This document shows positions 52,638 through 62,579 of a stretch of 64,000 nt of DNA, piece after piece. Source of the DNA: Candidatus Saccharimonadota bacterium (GTDB taxonomy: Bacteria; Patescibacteriota; Saccharimonadia; Saccharimonadales; JACOTW01); the NCBI GenBank assembly GCA_016178135.1, contig JACOTW010000012.1, positions 1,064 to 65,063 on the forward strand, given 5' to 3'. A model generated the notes under the pieces. It had not been told where the DNA came from. It saw only the letters and a list, made by a program, of their open reading frames with translations, and made no database searches. Each line of letters opens with the position of its first letter. Within the stretch, counting starts at the first letter, position 1. Made by a program: the position numbers and the translations under genes.

Positions 52638-52991
52638 TTAAAACTCCAATCCTGCTTCACGCGCTGCGTTAGCCAGAGCCTTTACGCGTCCATGATATAG
52701 TTTGCTACCCCTATCAAAGACAACTTTATTAATCTTAGCAGTTGCTGCCTTTTTGGCAATAGCGCTACCGATTGCCGTAGCTTTTTCTGTCATACTTCCG
52801 TTAATTTTACTACCAATAGTCGTACTATAAGCCAACGTTACATGCTTTGTGTCATCAATAATTTGGGCCGTAATGTGTCGATTACTGACAAAAACACTCA
52901 ATCGTGGTCGTTCAGTAGTACCAGAAACTACGGCACGGACACGATGTTTACGACGCGTAATGTTATTTAATTTTTGGGTAATTCTATTCAT
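52638..52991 (-). CDS. rplR: 50S ribosomal protein L18
   Basis: RKHRVRAVVSGTTERPRLSVFVSNRHITAQIIDD. Confidence 0.95.
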   Translation of the reverse strand: MNRITQKLNNITRRKHRVRAVVSGTTERPRLSVFVSNRHITAQIIDDTKHVTLAYSTTIGSKINGSMTEKATAIGSAIAKKAATAKINKVVFDRGSKLYHGRVKALANAAREAGLEF

Positions 52992-52993
52992 AA

Positions 52994-53533
52994 TTATTTA
53001 TCCTTACCTGACTTACCACTCTTACGAATTATTCGTTCGCCAACATATTTTATGCCTTTACCTTTATAAGGTTCAGGTTTTTTTAATGCTCGGATTTCGG
53101 CAGCAACTTGTCCTACCTGTTGCTTATTTATACCAGTTATAGTAATGATGTTCTGCTCTACCAAAGCCCCAACATCATCAGGAATCTTGTATATAACATC
53201 GTGAGAAAAACCAAGATTAAGCTTAAGGTTAGTGCCTGCCGGAGCTACACGATAACCAACTCCGTTTAGTTCAAGCTGCTTAGAAAAACCAGATGAAACA
53301 CCGACCACCATATTATCAACAAGCGAACGCATCAACCCATGTTTGGATCGTGTAACCGGTTCGTCATTGGCGCGTGTTACAAGGAGTTGATCACCATCCT
53401 GTTTGACTGTAATGTCAGGCATAGTAAATTGTACCAAACTACCCTTGGGGCCTGTAACTGTAATATTTTCTGGATCAACAGTAACTGTCACGCCGGTCGG
53501 TAGGGTGATCGGCTGTTTTCCTATACGACTCAT
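52994..53533 (-). CDS. rplF: 50S ribosomal protein L6
   Basis: MSRIGKQPITLPTGVTVTV... Confidence 0.95.
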   Translation of the reverse strand: MSRIGKQPITLPTGVTVTVDPENITVTGPKGSLVQFTMPDITVKQDGDQLLVTRANDEPVTRSKHGLMRSLVDNMVVGVSSGFSKQLELNGVGYRVAPAGTNLKLNLGFSHDVIYKIPDDVGALVEQNIITITGINKQQVGQVAAEIRALKKPEPYKGKGIKYVGERIIRKSGKSGKDK

Positions 53534-53575
53534 AACAAGAAACCTCCGATTGCGGTAGTAATTTGTAGATATAAA

Positions 53576-53733
53576 CTGGACTTACGCAAAATCGCCCGTT
53601 CCCAGGCTAAATCAGCTCGAGTTGGGAGTGGTTTGACTGAAGGAGAGGTAGCCATAGCTACATCGAGAGAAGACAAACCGCTATCAGCCGAGATGAATTG
53701 GTCTGGGGATGGGGGAGCTTTGCGTAAGTCGAG
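53576..53733 (-). mobile_element. Family-A element, copy A15 (158 bp), between rpsH and rplF
   Basis: CTGGACTTACGCAAAATCGCCCG...GAGCTTTGCGTAAGTCGAG. Direct TAAA at 53572-75 and 53734-37. Confidence 0.9.
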
Positions 53734-53811
53734 TAAAGTATTATCACAAGCCTCCATAAGACCTGTCCTAACCATTCTATATTCTACGTTATATGTTGCT
53801 TTACTCATCTT

Positions 53812-54201
53812 TTAGTATACCTTGCATATTAATTCACCACCAATACTCTGTTTTTTAGCTTGATCGCCAGTCATGAGTCCTTTGGATGTTGAAACAATTA
53901 CCATGCCACGTCCGCGTTTAACGACCGGAATTTCAGTAGCACCAACGTAATGCCTGCGACCAGGGCTACTTAATCGAGCAATCTCAGTAATTTTAGAATT
54001 GGTGTCAGCTGAATTGATTACAATACGTAGCGTTTTGCCAACAACGGCATCTTCAACGAACACGCCATTAATAAAACCATTATCTTTCAATAAGCGAGCT
54101 ACCGCTTCCTTTAACTTGGAGTGGGGTAATTGTATTTCGTTTTTGCGAACGGCAATCGCGTTACGGATACGTGACAACATATCAGCTATAGGATCAGTCA
54201 T
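53812..54201 (-). CDS. rpsH: 30S ribosomal protein S8
   Basis: MTDPIADMLSRIRNA. ATG at 54201. Confidence 0.95.
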   Translation of the reverse strand: MTDPIADMLSRIRNAIAVRKNEIQLPHSKLKEAVARLLKDNGFINGVFVEDAVVGKTLRIVINSADTNSKITEIARLSSPGRRHYVGATEIPVVKRGRGMVIVSTSKGLMTGDQAKKQSIGGELICKVY

Positions 54202-54322
54202 GGGCAACCTCCATTTGCGGCACCATAGGATCACTGCTATTACACATTATACCAATAATCCGTAAACAGTCATCGACGGTTGTTATCTTTAAAATTTCAA
54301 GATTTATATACATATCTTCTCC

Positions 54323-54592
54323 TTACCAGCTCGCCTTTGTTACACCAGGTATTTCGCCCTTACTGGCGTGCTCGCGAAATGCCAAACGACTCAAGCCAAA
54401 TTGACGCATATATCCACGAGGACGTCCGCTTTCTATGCAACGATTCTTCTGTCTAGTAGGTGACGAATTGCGTGGCAAGTAGTACAAGCCTTCGCGATCA
54501 CCCATAGATTTAAATTCAGCACGTTTGACCGCGTATTTATCAATCATTTTGGCGCGTTTTAGGTCGCGCGCGATACTGGATTTCTTAGCCAC
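54323..54592 (-). CDS. rpsN: 30S ribosomal protein S14 (long, Cys-less form; GTG start)
   Basis: [19 protein letters not shown]...[24 protein letters not shown]. Confidence 0.9.
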   Translation of the reverse strand: MAKKSSIARDLKRAKMIDKYAVKRAEFKSMGDREGLYYLPRNSSPTRQKNRCIESGRPRGYMRQFGLSRLAFREHASKGEIPGVTKASW

Positions 54593-54736
54593 GAGAAGCC
54601 TCTTTTCGGAAGCCTAAAAACTCTTCGGAACCTTGGGCGGTCAGTTGTAGCAATACGAGGTTCGTACAATGCATAACGACTGACTTCAATAAGGTCGTAT
54701 CATTCGTTGCGTGTTCTATGCTATATGTTCTACGCA

Positions 54737-55339
54737 TTATTTCTTCTCCTTTTCAAATAATTTACTCTGGTTTTTTTCAAAAGGCATACCAAGTTTCTCT
54801 AGCAACGCTCTACTATGAGACGGTTCAACGGCGTTAATGACGATTATGATCTGTAGGCCGTGAGATGTTGTGGTTTCCTCAAAAGTTAATTCTGGAAAAA
54901 CTGATTGATCAACAATGCCGATACTATAATTACCTTGCGCGTCAAAAGCCTTGGCGCTTACACCGTGAAAATCGCGCAGTCGCGGTAATACTAGACTAAT
55001 GAAACGATCAAGAAACTCGTACATACGATCTCCGCGCAATGTTACTTTGAGACCGATTTTATTGCCTTCACGCAACTTAAAACCGGCGATAGAGTTCTTG
55101 GCGATTGTTCCAATGGGCTGAAGGCCAGTTATCTTACGTAAAGTATTTTCGGCGGTCTCCATCATCTTCTTGTCGTCCTTGGTGCGTCCCAAACCAACAT
55201 TCAGGACAACCTTCTCAATACTAGGTACTTGATGACGGTTCTTTAGTTTTAGTTCTTTATGTAGCTCTGCGACAAGTTGCTGATTGTACAGCGACTTTAA
55301 GCGTACAGTTGTAATGCTGGGATTTTTAGTTGCAACCAT
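54737..55339 (-). CDS. rplE: 50S ribosomal protein L5
   Basis: RLKSLYNQQLV...VVLNVGLG. ATG at 55339 is preceded by AGGAG. Confidence 0.9.
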   Translation of the reverse strand: MVATKNPSITTVRLKSLYNQQLVAELHKELKLKNRHQVPSIEKVVLNVGLGRTKDDKKMMETAENTLRKITGLQPIGTIAKNSIAGFKLREGNKIGLKVTLRGDRMYEFLDRFISLVLPRLRDFHGVSAKAFDAQGNYSIGIVDQSVFPELTFEETTTSHGLQIIIVINAVEPSHSRALLEKLGMPFEKNQSKLFEKEKK

Positions 55340-55391
55340 TACTTTATACTCCTGGATTGTTGGCATGTGTTAGTGAGTTTCATGTGGTAGT

Positions 55392-55757
55392 TCATTTTTC
55401 TGACCTCTTTTCAGAAACTTTTGGTAAATGAATTTCCTTACCGCTCTTCTTGAAGATTCGTGTTTTATTGCCGTCTTTGTCGATCTTGTAGCCAATACGA
55501 TCAGGTTGATTATTTGCTGGATCGGCAATTCCTACCTTACTTACCCAAATAGGTTTGGTAATTTCGACAATCGCGCCCTGCGGATTTGAACGATTGGGCT
55601 TAACGTGCTTCTTGACAATATTAATGCCCTCCACAGTTACCTTATTAAGGCTAGGATGAGTAGCTGTGATTTTACCGCTCTTACCTTTATATTTACCGGA
55701 GCGAACAATAACTAAGTCATCTTTTTTGAGGCGAATTTTATATACGGATTTATTCAT
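55392..55757 (-). CDS. rplX: 50S ribosomal protein L24
   Basis: KKDDLVIVRSGKYKGKSGKI KOW motif. Confidence 0.95.
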   Translation of the reverse strand: MNKSVYKIRLKKDDLVIVRSGKYKGKSGKITATHPSLNKVTVEGINIVKKHVKPNRSNPQGAIVEITKPIWVSKVGIADPANNQPDRIGYKIDKDGNKTRIFKKSGKEIHLPKVSEKRSEK

Positions 55758-56125
55758 TACAGAACCTCCGGTGCTAAGCTAATAATTTTACTATAGCCTA
55801 GGTCGCGAAGCTCGCGGGGAACAGGGCCAAAGATACGAGTTGCTTTTGGAAGCTTATCATCGCCAATAATCACCGCTGCATTATCATCGAAACGAATAGT
55901 TGAGCCATCTTTACGACGTATGGTGTCGCGAGTACGCACAACAACTGCCCTTACAACAGACTTTTTCTTCACGTTACCGCTAGGATTTGCTTGCTTAACC
56001 GTGGCAGTGATTATGTCGCCAACGCGAGCATAGCGTCGTCGTGTCCCACCGAGCACACGAATACACAAAATCTCCTTAGCACCGCTATTATCACAAATAG
56101 TTAGCCTGGATTCTTGTTGTATCAT
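55757..56125 (-). CDS. rplN: 50S ribosomal protein L14
   Basis: [27 protein letters not shown]. Confidence 0.95.
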   Translation of the reverse strand: MIQQESRLTICDNSGAKEILCIRVLGGTRRRYARVGDIITATVKQANPSGNVKKKSVVRAVVVRTRDTIRRKDGSTIRFDDNAAVIIGDDKLPKATRIFGPVPRELRDLGYSKIISLAPEVL

Positions 56126-56168
56126 AGCAATATTCCTTTCATAGTAAGTCGTGAGTCTGGTAATTGGT

Positions 56169-56477
56169 TCATTTCTTGGCCTTTTTTGCCGGTTCCGGCA
56201 TTAGGGTATTATTGGATTCTGGCTCTTCGTGACGAATCAAAGCTGGTTCAATTATTTCGGTCAATACGAAGCGTTTTCGAGCACTTAGCGGACGAGTTTC
56301 TTCTATGGAAACCTTGTCACCTATTTTGGCTTCATTAACTTCGTCATGAACCATAAACTTACGATTAACCGTATATCGTTTGCGGTAAAGCGGATGCGTC
56401 TTGCTTCTTTGCACAGTAACTACGATGGTTTTATTGGGCTTGTCAGACGAAACAATACCTACGAATGTTTTAGCCAT
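56169..56477 (-). CDS. rpsQ: 30S ribosomal protein S17
   Basis: [29 protein letters not shown]. Confidence 0.95.
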   Translation of the reverse strand: MAKTFVGIVSSDKPNKTIVVTVQRSKTHPLYRKRYTVNRKFMVHDEVNEAKIGDKVSIEETRPLSARKRFVLTEIIEPALIRHEEPESNNTLMPEPAKKAKK

Positions 56478-56677
56478 TACACGTTCTCCTTTGTGAACTG
56501 CTCACCGAGCACAGTCAGTATACGAGCAAGGTCTTTGCGTTTTTCACGCAACACCTTAACGTTCTGTACTTCGCCCATATGCAGTCGTCTTTTAAGTTCA
56601 GCTATCTCTTCGCGGAGCTTAGTACTCTCTATAGTAAGCTCTGTGGTTGGAAATTTACGTATTTCTGCGATTTTCAT
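56477..56677 (-). CDS. rpmC: 50S ribosomal protein L29
   Basis: MKIAEIRKFPTTELTIESTKLREEIAELKRRL. ATG at 56677. Confidence 0.9.
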   Translation of the reverse strand: MKIAEIRKFPTTELTIESTKLREEIAELKRRLHMGEVQNVKVLREKRKDLARILTVLGEQFTKENV

Positions 56678-56770
56678 AAATTCACTCCATTCACGATAAC
56701 GTGTCCACGTATCATATAATCGACAGTCGCAAAATATTTCCTGACCGTCATACATTCAGCGGTACGCATC

Positions 56771-57184
56771 TTAGGCATCTTCCTTTACTAAAAATTTGGT
56801 TTTAACCGGTAGTTTGTGGGCCGCTAATCGCATGGCTTCCCGTGCGACATCTTCACTTACTCCTTGCATCTCAAATAAGACCGTACCGGGTTTCACTTTC
56901 GCTACAAAAAACTCTGGATTACCTTTACCGCTACCCATCTTAACATCTTGGGGTTTGCGGGAAACTGGAGTATGCGGGAAGATTCGAATCCAGATTTTAC
57001 CGCCACGTTTTACGTAGCGAGTCATAGCCTGACGGGCAGATTCTATTTGTCTAGAAGTAATTCTTTCACCACCCTGTGATTGGAGCGCATACGAACCAAA
57101 AGCAATTTCATTGCCAGTAGTCGCAACACCACGTATTTTACCTTTGCGTACCTTGCGGTATTTGGTTCGTTTGGGCATCAACAT
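56771..57184 (-). CDS. rplP: 50S ribosomal protein L16
   Basis: [22 protein letters not shown] at 57184. Confidence 0.95.
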   Translation of the reverse strand: MLMPKRTKYRKVRKGKIRGVATTGNEIAFGSYALQSQGGERITSRQIESARQAMTRYVKRGGKIWIRIFPHTPVSRKPQDVKMGSGKGNPEFFVAKVKPGTVLFEMQGVSEDVAREAMRLAAHKLPVKTKFLVKEDA

Positions 57185-57185
57185 C

Positions 57186-57818
57186 TTAAGCAACCTCGCC
57201 TTTATAAATCCAGACCTTAACGCCAATCAATCCAGCGCCAGGATATTTTGCTGTTGCACTATAAAAATCAATATCAGCCCGAACTGTATGTAACGGAACA
57301 CTTCCCTGAACTTCTTTTTCGCGGCGCGACATCTCCGCGCCATTTAATCGACCAGCGATTTCGATACGTACACCCTTTGCGCCGGCGCGCATAGTAGCAG
57401 CTGCTCCGGCTTTCATGGCTCGACGAAAAGAAATACGGCGTTCAATTTGATGGGCAATGTTTTCGGCAACTAATTTGGCATAAAGCTCTGGCTTTTTAAG
57501 TTCCTCAATGTTCACGCGAACTGGTACAGCGTAAATCTTTTCAAAGGCTACTTTTAGTTCCTGTGCGCCACTTCCGCCTCGACCAATAACCACGCCAGCC
57601 TTCGCTGTGCTGATAGTTATAGATACCAAGTTAGGGGATCGTTCAATATCAACCTTATTAATAGCTGCACGGCTGCCAAGCTTATTCTGTATTAGGCGTC
57701 GTACGGCAAGGTCTTGCGTCAAAAATTGAGCATAATTACGCTTATTGGCAAACCACTTACTACGCCAGTCTTTGTTAAGCTGTAGTCGCATTGAGATTGG
57801 ATTTACTTTTTGTCCCAT
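57186..57818 (-). CDS. rpsC: 30S ribosomal protein S3
   Basis: [25 protein letters not shown] domain. Confidence 0.95.
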   Translation of the reverse strand: MGQKVNPISMRLQLNKDWRSKWFANKRNYAQFLTQDLAVRRLIQNKLGSRAAINKVDIERSPNLVSITISTAKAGVVIGRGGSGAQELKVAFEKIYAVPVRVNIEELKKPELYAKLVAENIAHQIERRISFRRAMKAGAAATMRAGAKGVRIEIAGRLNGAEMSRREKEVQGSVPLHTVRADIDFYSATAKYPGAGLIGVKVWIYKGEVA

Positions 57819-57848
57819 TATACGATTCCCCTAGAATTATTGAATAGA

Positions 57849-57991
57849 CTTGACTTACGCAAAATCGCTCGTTCCCAAGGCGAATTAGCTCGAGCGAAAA
57901 TAGTTTTGTCTGAAGATACATCGAGATATGAAAAACTGTTTGCAAGCGAGGTTATTCGGTCTTCGGATAGGACAACTTTGTATGAGTCCAG
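57849..57991 (-). mobile_element. Family-A element, copy A16 (143 bp), between rplV and rpsC
   Basis: CTTGACTTACGCAAAATCGCTCG...CTTTGTATGAGTCCAG. Direct TAGA at 57845-48 and 57992-95. Confidence 0.85.
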
Positions 57992-58077
57992 TAGAGGCCT
58001 ATGGGATAGCCCCCAGCGAATTACCAGATACGAAGACCTGTTATCTATTACCTGTAATCTGTAATCTGATAATTTCA

Positions 58078-58452
58078 TTATTTTGTCTCCTTGGCGACAA
58101 TAGGTTTTTTGGGTGTGCGCATTTCGCCGTCAACAATTACGCGAATATGAGCGCTACGACGCTGAAACGGCAGGGCGCGGCCTTGGGCTGCTGGACGAAA
58201 ACGCTTCAAACTTGGACCAGGTGTAACTTCTATAGAAACAATTTGTAATGTTTCGATCTTAAAATTATGATTATGATCAGCGTTTGCCCGAACACTTTCA
58301 ATAACCTTTTTTACTGGCAAAGCGGCACGGCGCGGAGTATGTTCAAGAATCGTTATCGCATCAGCTACACTACGGCCACGAACAAGTGAAGCTACAATTC
58401 CAAGCTTACGCGGACTCATACGAACACCTTTAGCAACAGCCTTAACTGGCAT
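58078..58452 (-). CDS. rplV: 50S ribosomal protein L22
   Basis: VRMSPRKLGIVASLVRGRSVADAITILEHTP. Confidence 0.95.
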   Translation of the reverse strand: MPVKAVAKGVRMSPRKLGIVASLVRGRSVADAITILEHTPRRAALPVKKVIESVRANADHNHNFKIETLQIVSIEVTPGPSLKRFRPAAQGRALPFQRRSAHIRVIVDGEMRTPKKPIVAKETK

Positions 58453-58453
58453 A

Positions 58454-58729
58454 TTACTTACCGCCCTTTGCTAATTTACCACCATGTTTGCGGAATTTAC
58501 GGGTAGGGCTAAACTCGCCTAACTTATGACCAACCATATTTTCAGTTACAAATACGGGTACATGAACTTTGCCATTATGTACAGCTATAGTTCGTCCGAC
58601 AAATTCTGGTGAAATAGTTGAAGCACGCGCCCAAGTCTTGATTATGGTGCGGTCTTCACTGCCCAGTGCACTTACCTTTTTGGCAAGTTTTGGATCTATA
58701 AATGGTCCTTTTTTTAGCGATCGCGACAT
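58454..58729 (-). CDS. rpsS: 30S ribosomal protein S19
   Basis: [15 protein letters not shown]...[23 protein letters not shown]. Confidence 0.95.
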   Translation of the reverse strand: MSRSLKKGPFIDPKLAKKVSALGSEDRTIIKTWARASTISPEFVGRTIAVHNGKVHVPVFVTENMVGHKLGEFSPTRKFRKHGGKLAKGGK

Positions 58730-58735
58730 AATTTA

Positions 58736-59572
58736 TTACTTCCTTCTAGCCGCATGACGACTGCGGACAATAAAGTTATTATTTTTCTTCTTAGAACGAG
58801 TCTTGTAACCCAGGGTCTTTTGCCCCCAGGGAGTTCGTGGGTCCTTACCGGTACCATGACGACCGCCATCACCACCACCATGCGGGTGATCAGCGGCGTT
58901 CATAACCACTCCTCGGACTGTTGGTCGAATGCCCTTATTGCGCGACCGGCCAGCTTTACCTATCTTGATGTTCTGGTGCTGTTCATTGCCAATACTCCCA
59001 ATACTTGCGGTACATTCAACATTAATCATTCGAACTTCACCGCTTGGCAGTTTAATTTGAGCGTAGGCACCTTCTCTAGCAACTAATTGAGCTCTATTTC
59101 CAGCACTTCTAGCAAGCTGGGCTCCTTTTCCTGGAGTAAGCTCAATGGCGTGTATCACACTTCCGACTGGAATACTTTTCAATGGTAAACGATTGCCATT
59201 TTCAATAGCTGCATCTTCACCCGTATTAACTATTTGACCGATTTTCATACCGCTGGCAGCAATAATATAATGATACTGGCCACTCTGCTCTTTAATGCGA
59301 GCAATACGAGCAGAACGGTTCGGATCATATTCAATCTGCTCAATAGTGGCAGTTATATTTGCGGGTAAATTAAAATTAACAAGACGATAAAATTGCCGAA
59401 CACCACCGCCTTTATGTCTAGTAGTAATACGGCCCTGATTATTACGACCGCTGGTTTTTTTCTTTACGACTAGAAGCGATTTGAGTGGTTTTTTGGTTGT
59501 AATGTCACTCATATCTTGCGTAGTCATACCGCGACGACCGGGAGTGGTTGGATTATAGGTTTTGATACTCAT
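58736..59572 (-). CDS. rplB: 50S ribosomal protein L2
   Basis: GRNNQGRITTRHKGGG...MNAADHPHGGGDG. Confidence 0.95.
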   Translation of the reverse strand: MSIKTYNPTTPGRRGMTTQDMSDITTKKPLKSLLVVKKKTSGRNNQGRITTRHKGGGVRQFYRLVNFNLPANITATIEQIEYDPNRSARIARIKEQSGQYHYIIAASGMKIGQIVNTGEDAAIENGNRLPLKSIPVGSVIHAIELTPGKGAQLARSAGNRAQLVAREGAYAQIKLPSGEVRMINVECTASIGSIGNEQHQNIKIGKAGRSRNKGIRPTVRGVVMNAADHPHGGGDGGRHGTGKDPRTPWGQKTLGYKTRSKKKNNNFIVRSRHAARRK

Positions 59573-59934
59573 GCTTTTTCCCTTTTGACGGTAGCTTTTA
59601 CTGTGGCTTTTTCGGCTTTCTTGTCGGCTTCTTCTTCAGCAGCAAAGATAGGAATATGGTCACCATTCTTTATGGTAACGTAGGCTTTTTTAAAATCGGA
59701 TTGCTTACCCCTGGAAACACGACCACCCTTGCGAACACTACGAGTTGCCTTGCCTTTAATATTTATGATATTTACCGAGGTAACGGTTACATTAAATTGA
59801 GTAGCTACAGCACCAGCAATAGTTTGCTTGTTTGCATCTTTTGGAGTGACAAACACGTAGACATTACCTAGCTGACTTTGCTTATAGGCCTTTTCACTTA
59901 CTCGCGGGCGCAGAGGCATAAGTTTATCGTTCAT
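59569..59934 (-). CDS. rplW: 50S ribosomal protein L23 (C-terminal extension)
   Basis: Position between rplD and rplB. YVFVTPKDANKQTIAGAV... Confidence 0.9.
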   Translation of the reverse strand: MNDKLMPLRPRVSEKAYKQSQLGNVYVFVTPKDANKQTIAGAVATQFNVTVTSVNIINIKGKATRSVRKGGRVSRGKQSDFKKAYVTIKNGDHIPIFAAEEEADKKAEKATVKATVKREKA

Positions 59935-60568
59935 GATTCACCCCTAGCCATTCATGCACTATATCAAGTGACTTCTGGCTCATTATAATCGAGTCGGCGT
60001 TCATAACGTCGTACACATTTAAATACTTAGCTTGAATTGCTTTTAAGTCAGGAATATTACTGGTTGCACGCTCTACTAAATTGTCTTTGACGCTTACCAC
60101 CAGCAATATTTTGCCTTTTGCCTCAATCTTATCAATCAATTTGAGGGTTGATTTGACTTTACCATCCTTGCAATCAAATGTTTCAATAATCTTTATGGCA
60201 TCAGAATCAGCTTTAAGACTTAGGGCTTGACGAATAGCTCGACGCTTAGCGTTGACATGCAATTTATGCGTATAGTTTTCGTTGCCAGTTGGACCAAAGG
60301 CCACGCCACCACCACGCCAAATAGGATTACGGCTAGATCCAAAACGTGCTCTTCCGGTACCTTTTTGCTTCCATGGCTTTTTACCACCACCACTAACTTC
60401 GCCACGGCTTTTTGTCTGGGCAGCATTTTCTCTACCATTCGACAAGTAAGCGACGTAAGCTTGTTTTAGCAATTCATGGTTCTCTGGCACAATGCCAAAA
60501 ACTGTCTTATCAAGCTTGGCGGATATTGTTGCCTTGTTGCCAGTTTTAGTATAAGTCGAGATAGCCAT
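59924..60568 (-). CDS. rplD: 50S ribosomal protein L4
   Basis: SRGEVSGGGKKPWKQKGTGRARFGSSRNPIWRGGGVAFGP. Confidence 0.95.
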   Translation of the reverse strand: MAISTYTKTGNKATISAKLDKTVFGIVPENHELLKQAYVAYLSNGRENAAQTKSRGEVSGGGKKPWKQKGTGRARFGSSRNPIWRGGGVAFGPTGNENYTHKLHVNAKRRAIRQALSLKADSDAIKIIETFDCKDGKVKSTLKLIDKIEAKGKILLVVSVKDNLVERATSNIPDLKAIQAKYLNVYDVMNADSIIMSQKSLDIVHEWLGVNHER

Positions 60569-60626
60569 TACAGACCTCTTTCGGTCGTATTTACGTTTAT
60601 ACTCTGTATTCTGTATCCTGATAAAC

Positions 60627-61241
60627 TCATGATTCTTGTCCTCTAATCATGACAATACCTTTGCGAGGACCAGGTACGGCCCCTGATATACCAATTATGC
60701 CCAATACTGGATCAACAATAGCCACTTTGAGATTTTTGACTGTTACTTGTTCATGCCCCATCTGACCGGCCATCTTCTTCCCTTTAAATATATGTTGCGG
60801 ATACATTGAGCCGATAGAACCAGGACGCCTATACGAACGGCCGCCATGAGTCTTGCGACCTCGATGAAAATTATGACGCTTTATGGTGCCGGCCCAGCCC
60901 TTACCCTTACTTGTGCCGGTGGCCTGTACGATATCCCCGATATTAAAAATGTCGGCTGATATGACCTCGCCGACTTTGATTTCTTCTTGAGTTTCTGTAA
61001 TACGAAATTCACGCACTACCTTGGGTTGTACTTTTGCAATCTTAAAATGACCGGCTAGTGCTTTACCAATTTTCTTGACCTCACCGTAGCCCATCTGTAC
61101 GGCACTATAACCATCGATTTCATTTGTTTTGATTTGCGTTATTGTGCAAGGACTAGTGGAAAGCAAAGTAACAGCCTGTACAGTACCATCGTCATCGATA
61201 GTACTAGTCATGCCAACTTTTCTTGTAATTAGTGCTTTCAT
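60627..61241 (-). CDS. rplC: 50S ribosomal protein L3
   Basis: TSKGKGWAGTIKRHNFHRGRKTHG. Confidence 0.95.
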   Translation of the reverse strand: MKALITRKVGMTSTIDDDGTVQAVTLLSTSPCTITQIKTNEIDGYSAVQMGYGEVKKIGKALAGHFKIAKVQPKVVREFRITETQEEIKVGEVISADIFNIGDIVQATGTSKGKGWAGTIKRHNFHRGRKTHGGRSYRRPGSIGSMYPQHIFKGKKMAGQMGHEQVTVKNLKVAIVDPVLGIIGISGAVPGPRKGIVMIRGQES

Positions 61242-61433
61242 AGTAAATCTTTGCTTATTATTTCCTGCTTATGAATCATGATCATGACACAAAAATACCT
61301 GGCACCTAGTGGTTTCTACCTCTGTTGTTTGGTAGACCTGCTAAATCACCAAGACCAGGAAACATTTATATACCAATAAAGAGTAGCAGATTACTACGAC
61401 TCCTGTCAATGTGTTGTGTATTTTACGTGGTTA

Positions 61434-61739
61434 TTAGAAATTAATATATATCCCGAATGGCATCCAGAAGCCTACTAACATCGCAATAAGAAGCACGGCA
61501 AATTCTATTTTGCGATCAATCTGAAAATGTTCATGACCGGCAAAAACAAGACCTGCCAACATGCCCACCGGAAGAGGAACCTGTATATCAGCTCCCCTGG
61601 TAACCTTGAGCCATAACGACCCAAGAATCAGATAAAAGACAAGTTTTAAAAAGAAGACACTGTCCAGCTCTTTATTGGTCGCTTGAGTTGCTTTCTTAAT
61701 CTGTATCTTCCGTTGAGCTTTGGTTTTTGATTTAGGCAT
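61434..61739 (-). CDS. Small membrane protein (3 TM), hypothetical
   Basis: 101-aa ORF with a basic N-terminus and then hydrophobic helices. Confidence 0.45.
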   Translation of the reverse strand: MPKSKTKAQRKIQIKKATQATNKELDSVFFLKLVFYLILGSLWLKVTRGADIQVPLPVGMLAGLVFAGHEHFQIDRKIEFAVLLIAMLVGFWMPFGIYINF

Positions 61740-61758
61740 AAGCGCTATTATATAGAAG

Positions 61759-62235
61759 TTATTTGATTATGCCACGTGTTTTGACAACGTCAAAAATCTT
61801 GTGAAATTGTGAATGCATTGGCGTTGGTATTGTATCGGCATTGAACCAGCCAATTTCAGATATCTTATGTGGCTCTTTATTGATAACAGTAGATGGGTCA
61901 ATACGCACTGAGTGTAGCAAGTATACCCAGTGGGTATTGTTGCCGTTGTGCTCCCTATGTGCATCACCTGCAGTTATAAACTCAATCTCTAAGGGGTCAG
62001 TCCCCAGTTCTTCCAGAACTTCACGTCTTACAGCATCCTCCAGCAATTCTCCCATTTCTACTGCTCCTCCGCCGATATCCCATCGGCCTTGTTCATCACG
62101 CGCTTTTGGACCGCGTTTTTGTAGCAACAGGTTGCCCTGGCCGTCATGCACAACAAAACACACAGTCACACCAATATGATCTATACCTCTGCGGTGGTCT
62201 GTTTCCTCATCTGCAACTTTTACCTTCCTAGTCAT
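61759..62235 (-). CDS. NUDIX hydrolase
   Basis: [24 protein letters not shown] fits the Nudix box GX5EX7REUXEEXGU. Confidence 0.85.
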   Translation of the reverse strand: MTRKVKVADEETDHRRGIDHIGVTVCFVVHDGQGNLLLQKRGPKARDEQGRWDIGGGAVEMGELLEDAVRREVLEELGTDPLEIEFITAGDAHREHNGNNTHWVYLLHSVRIDPSTVINKEPHKISEIGWFNADTIPTPMHSQFHKIFDVVKTRGIIK

Positions 62236-62237
62236 GG

Positions 62238-62579
62238 CTACATCTTGATTTCGGCATCACAGCCAGCTGGAAGAGATAGATTCATGAGCGAATCAATTGT
62301 CTTTGGAGTAGGTTCCAGAACATCAATCAGACGTTTATGTACGCGCATCTCGAATTGTTCACGACCTTTTTTGTAGACATGTGGGCTTTTAACAACCGTA
62401 TAAAGGCTGCGTTGAGTTGGTAGCGGAATCGGTCCGGAAATAACGGCTCCGGTTCGCAGAGCGGTATCGACGATTTGCTTCGCAGCCTGATCAATAACCT
62501 TATGGTCATAGGCCTTTAGACGAATACGAATACGTTGCTTAACTTCCTTGACGGGTGCGTTTTTTTTGGCTTCAGCCAT
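62238..62579 (-). CDS. rpsJ: 30S ribosomal protein S10
   Basis: [26 protein letters not shown] at 62579 lies 7 nt after AGGAG. The track start at 62585 is TTG. Confidence 0.95.
   Translation of the reverse strand: MAEAKKNAPVKEVKQRIRIRLKAYDHKVIDQAAKQIVDTALRTGAVISGPIPLPTQRSLYTVVKSPHVYKKGREQFEMRVHKRLIDVLEPTPKTIDSLMNLSLPAGCDAEIKM

Noticed and set aside
53530-53808. Minus-strand ORFs spanning intergenic repeats (53530..53808, 57818..58078, 49375..49602, 36532..36714, 36597..36833, 15549..15731, 14358..14540).
   Set aside because: Repeat-derived open frames between ribosomal genes or tRNAs. They have no SD and no independent conservation signal. 36597..36833 also overlaps tRNA-Thr.
914-57991. Could the dispersed palindromic repeats be a CRISPR array?
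   Set aside because: Copies are kilobases apart, about 160 bp long, in both orientations and inside genes. There is no regular repeat-spacer periodicity and there are no cas genes.
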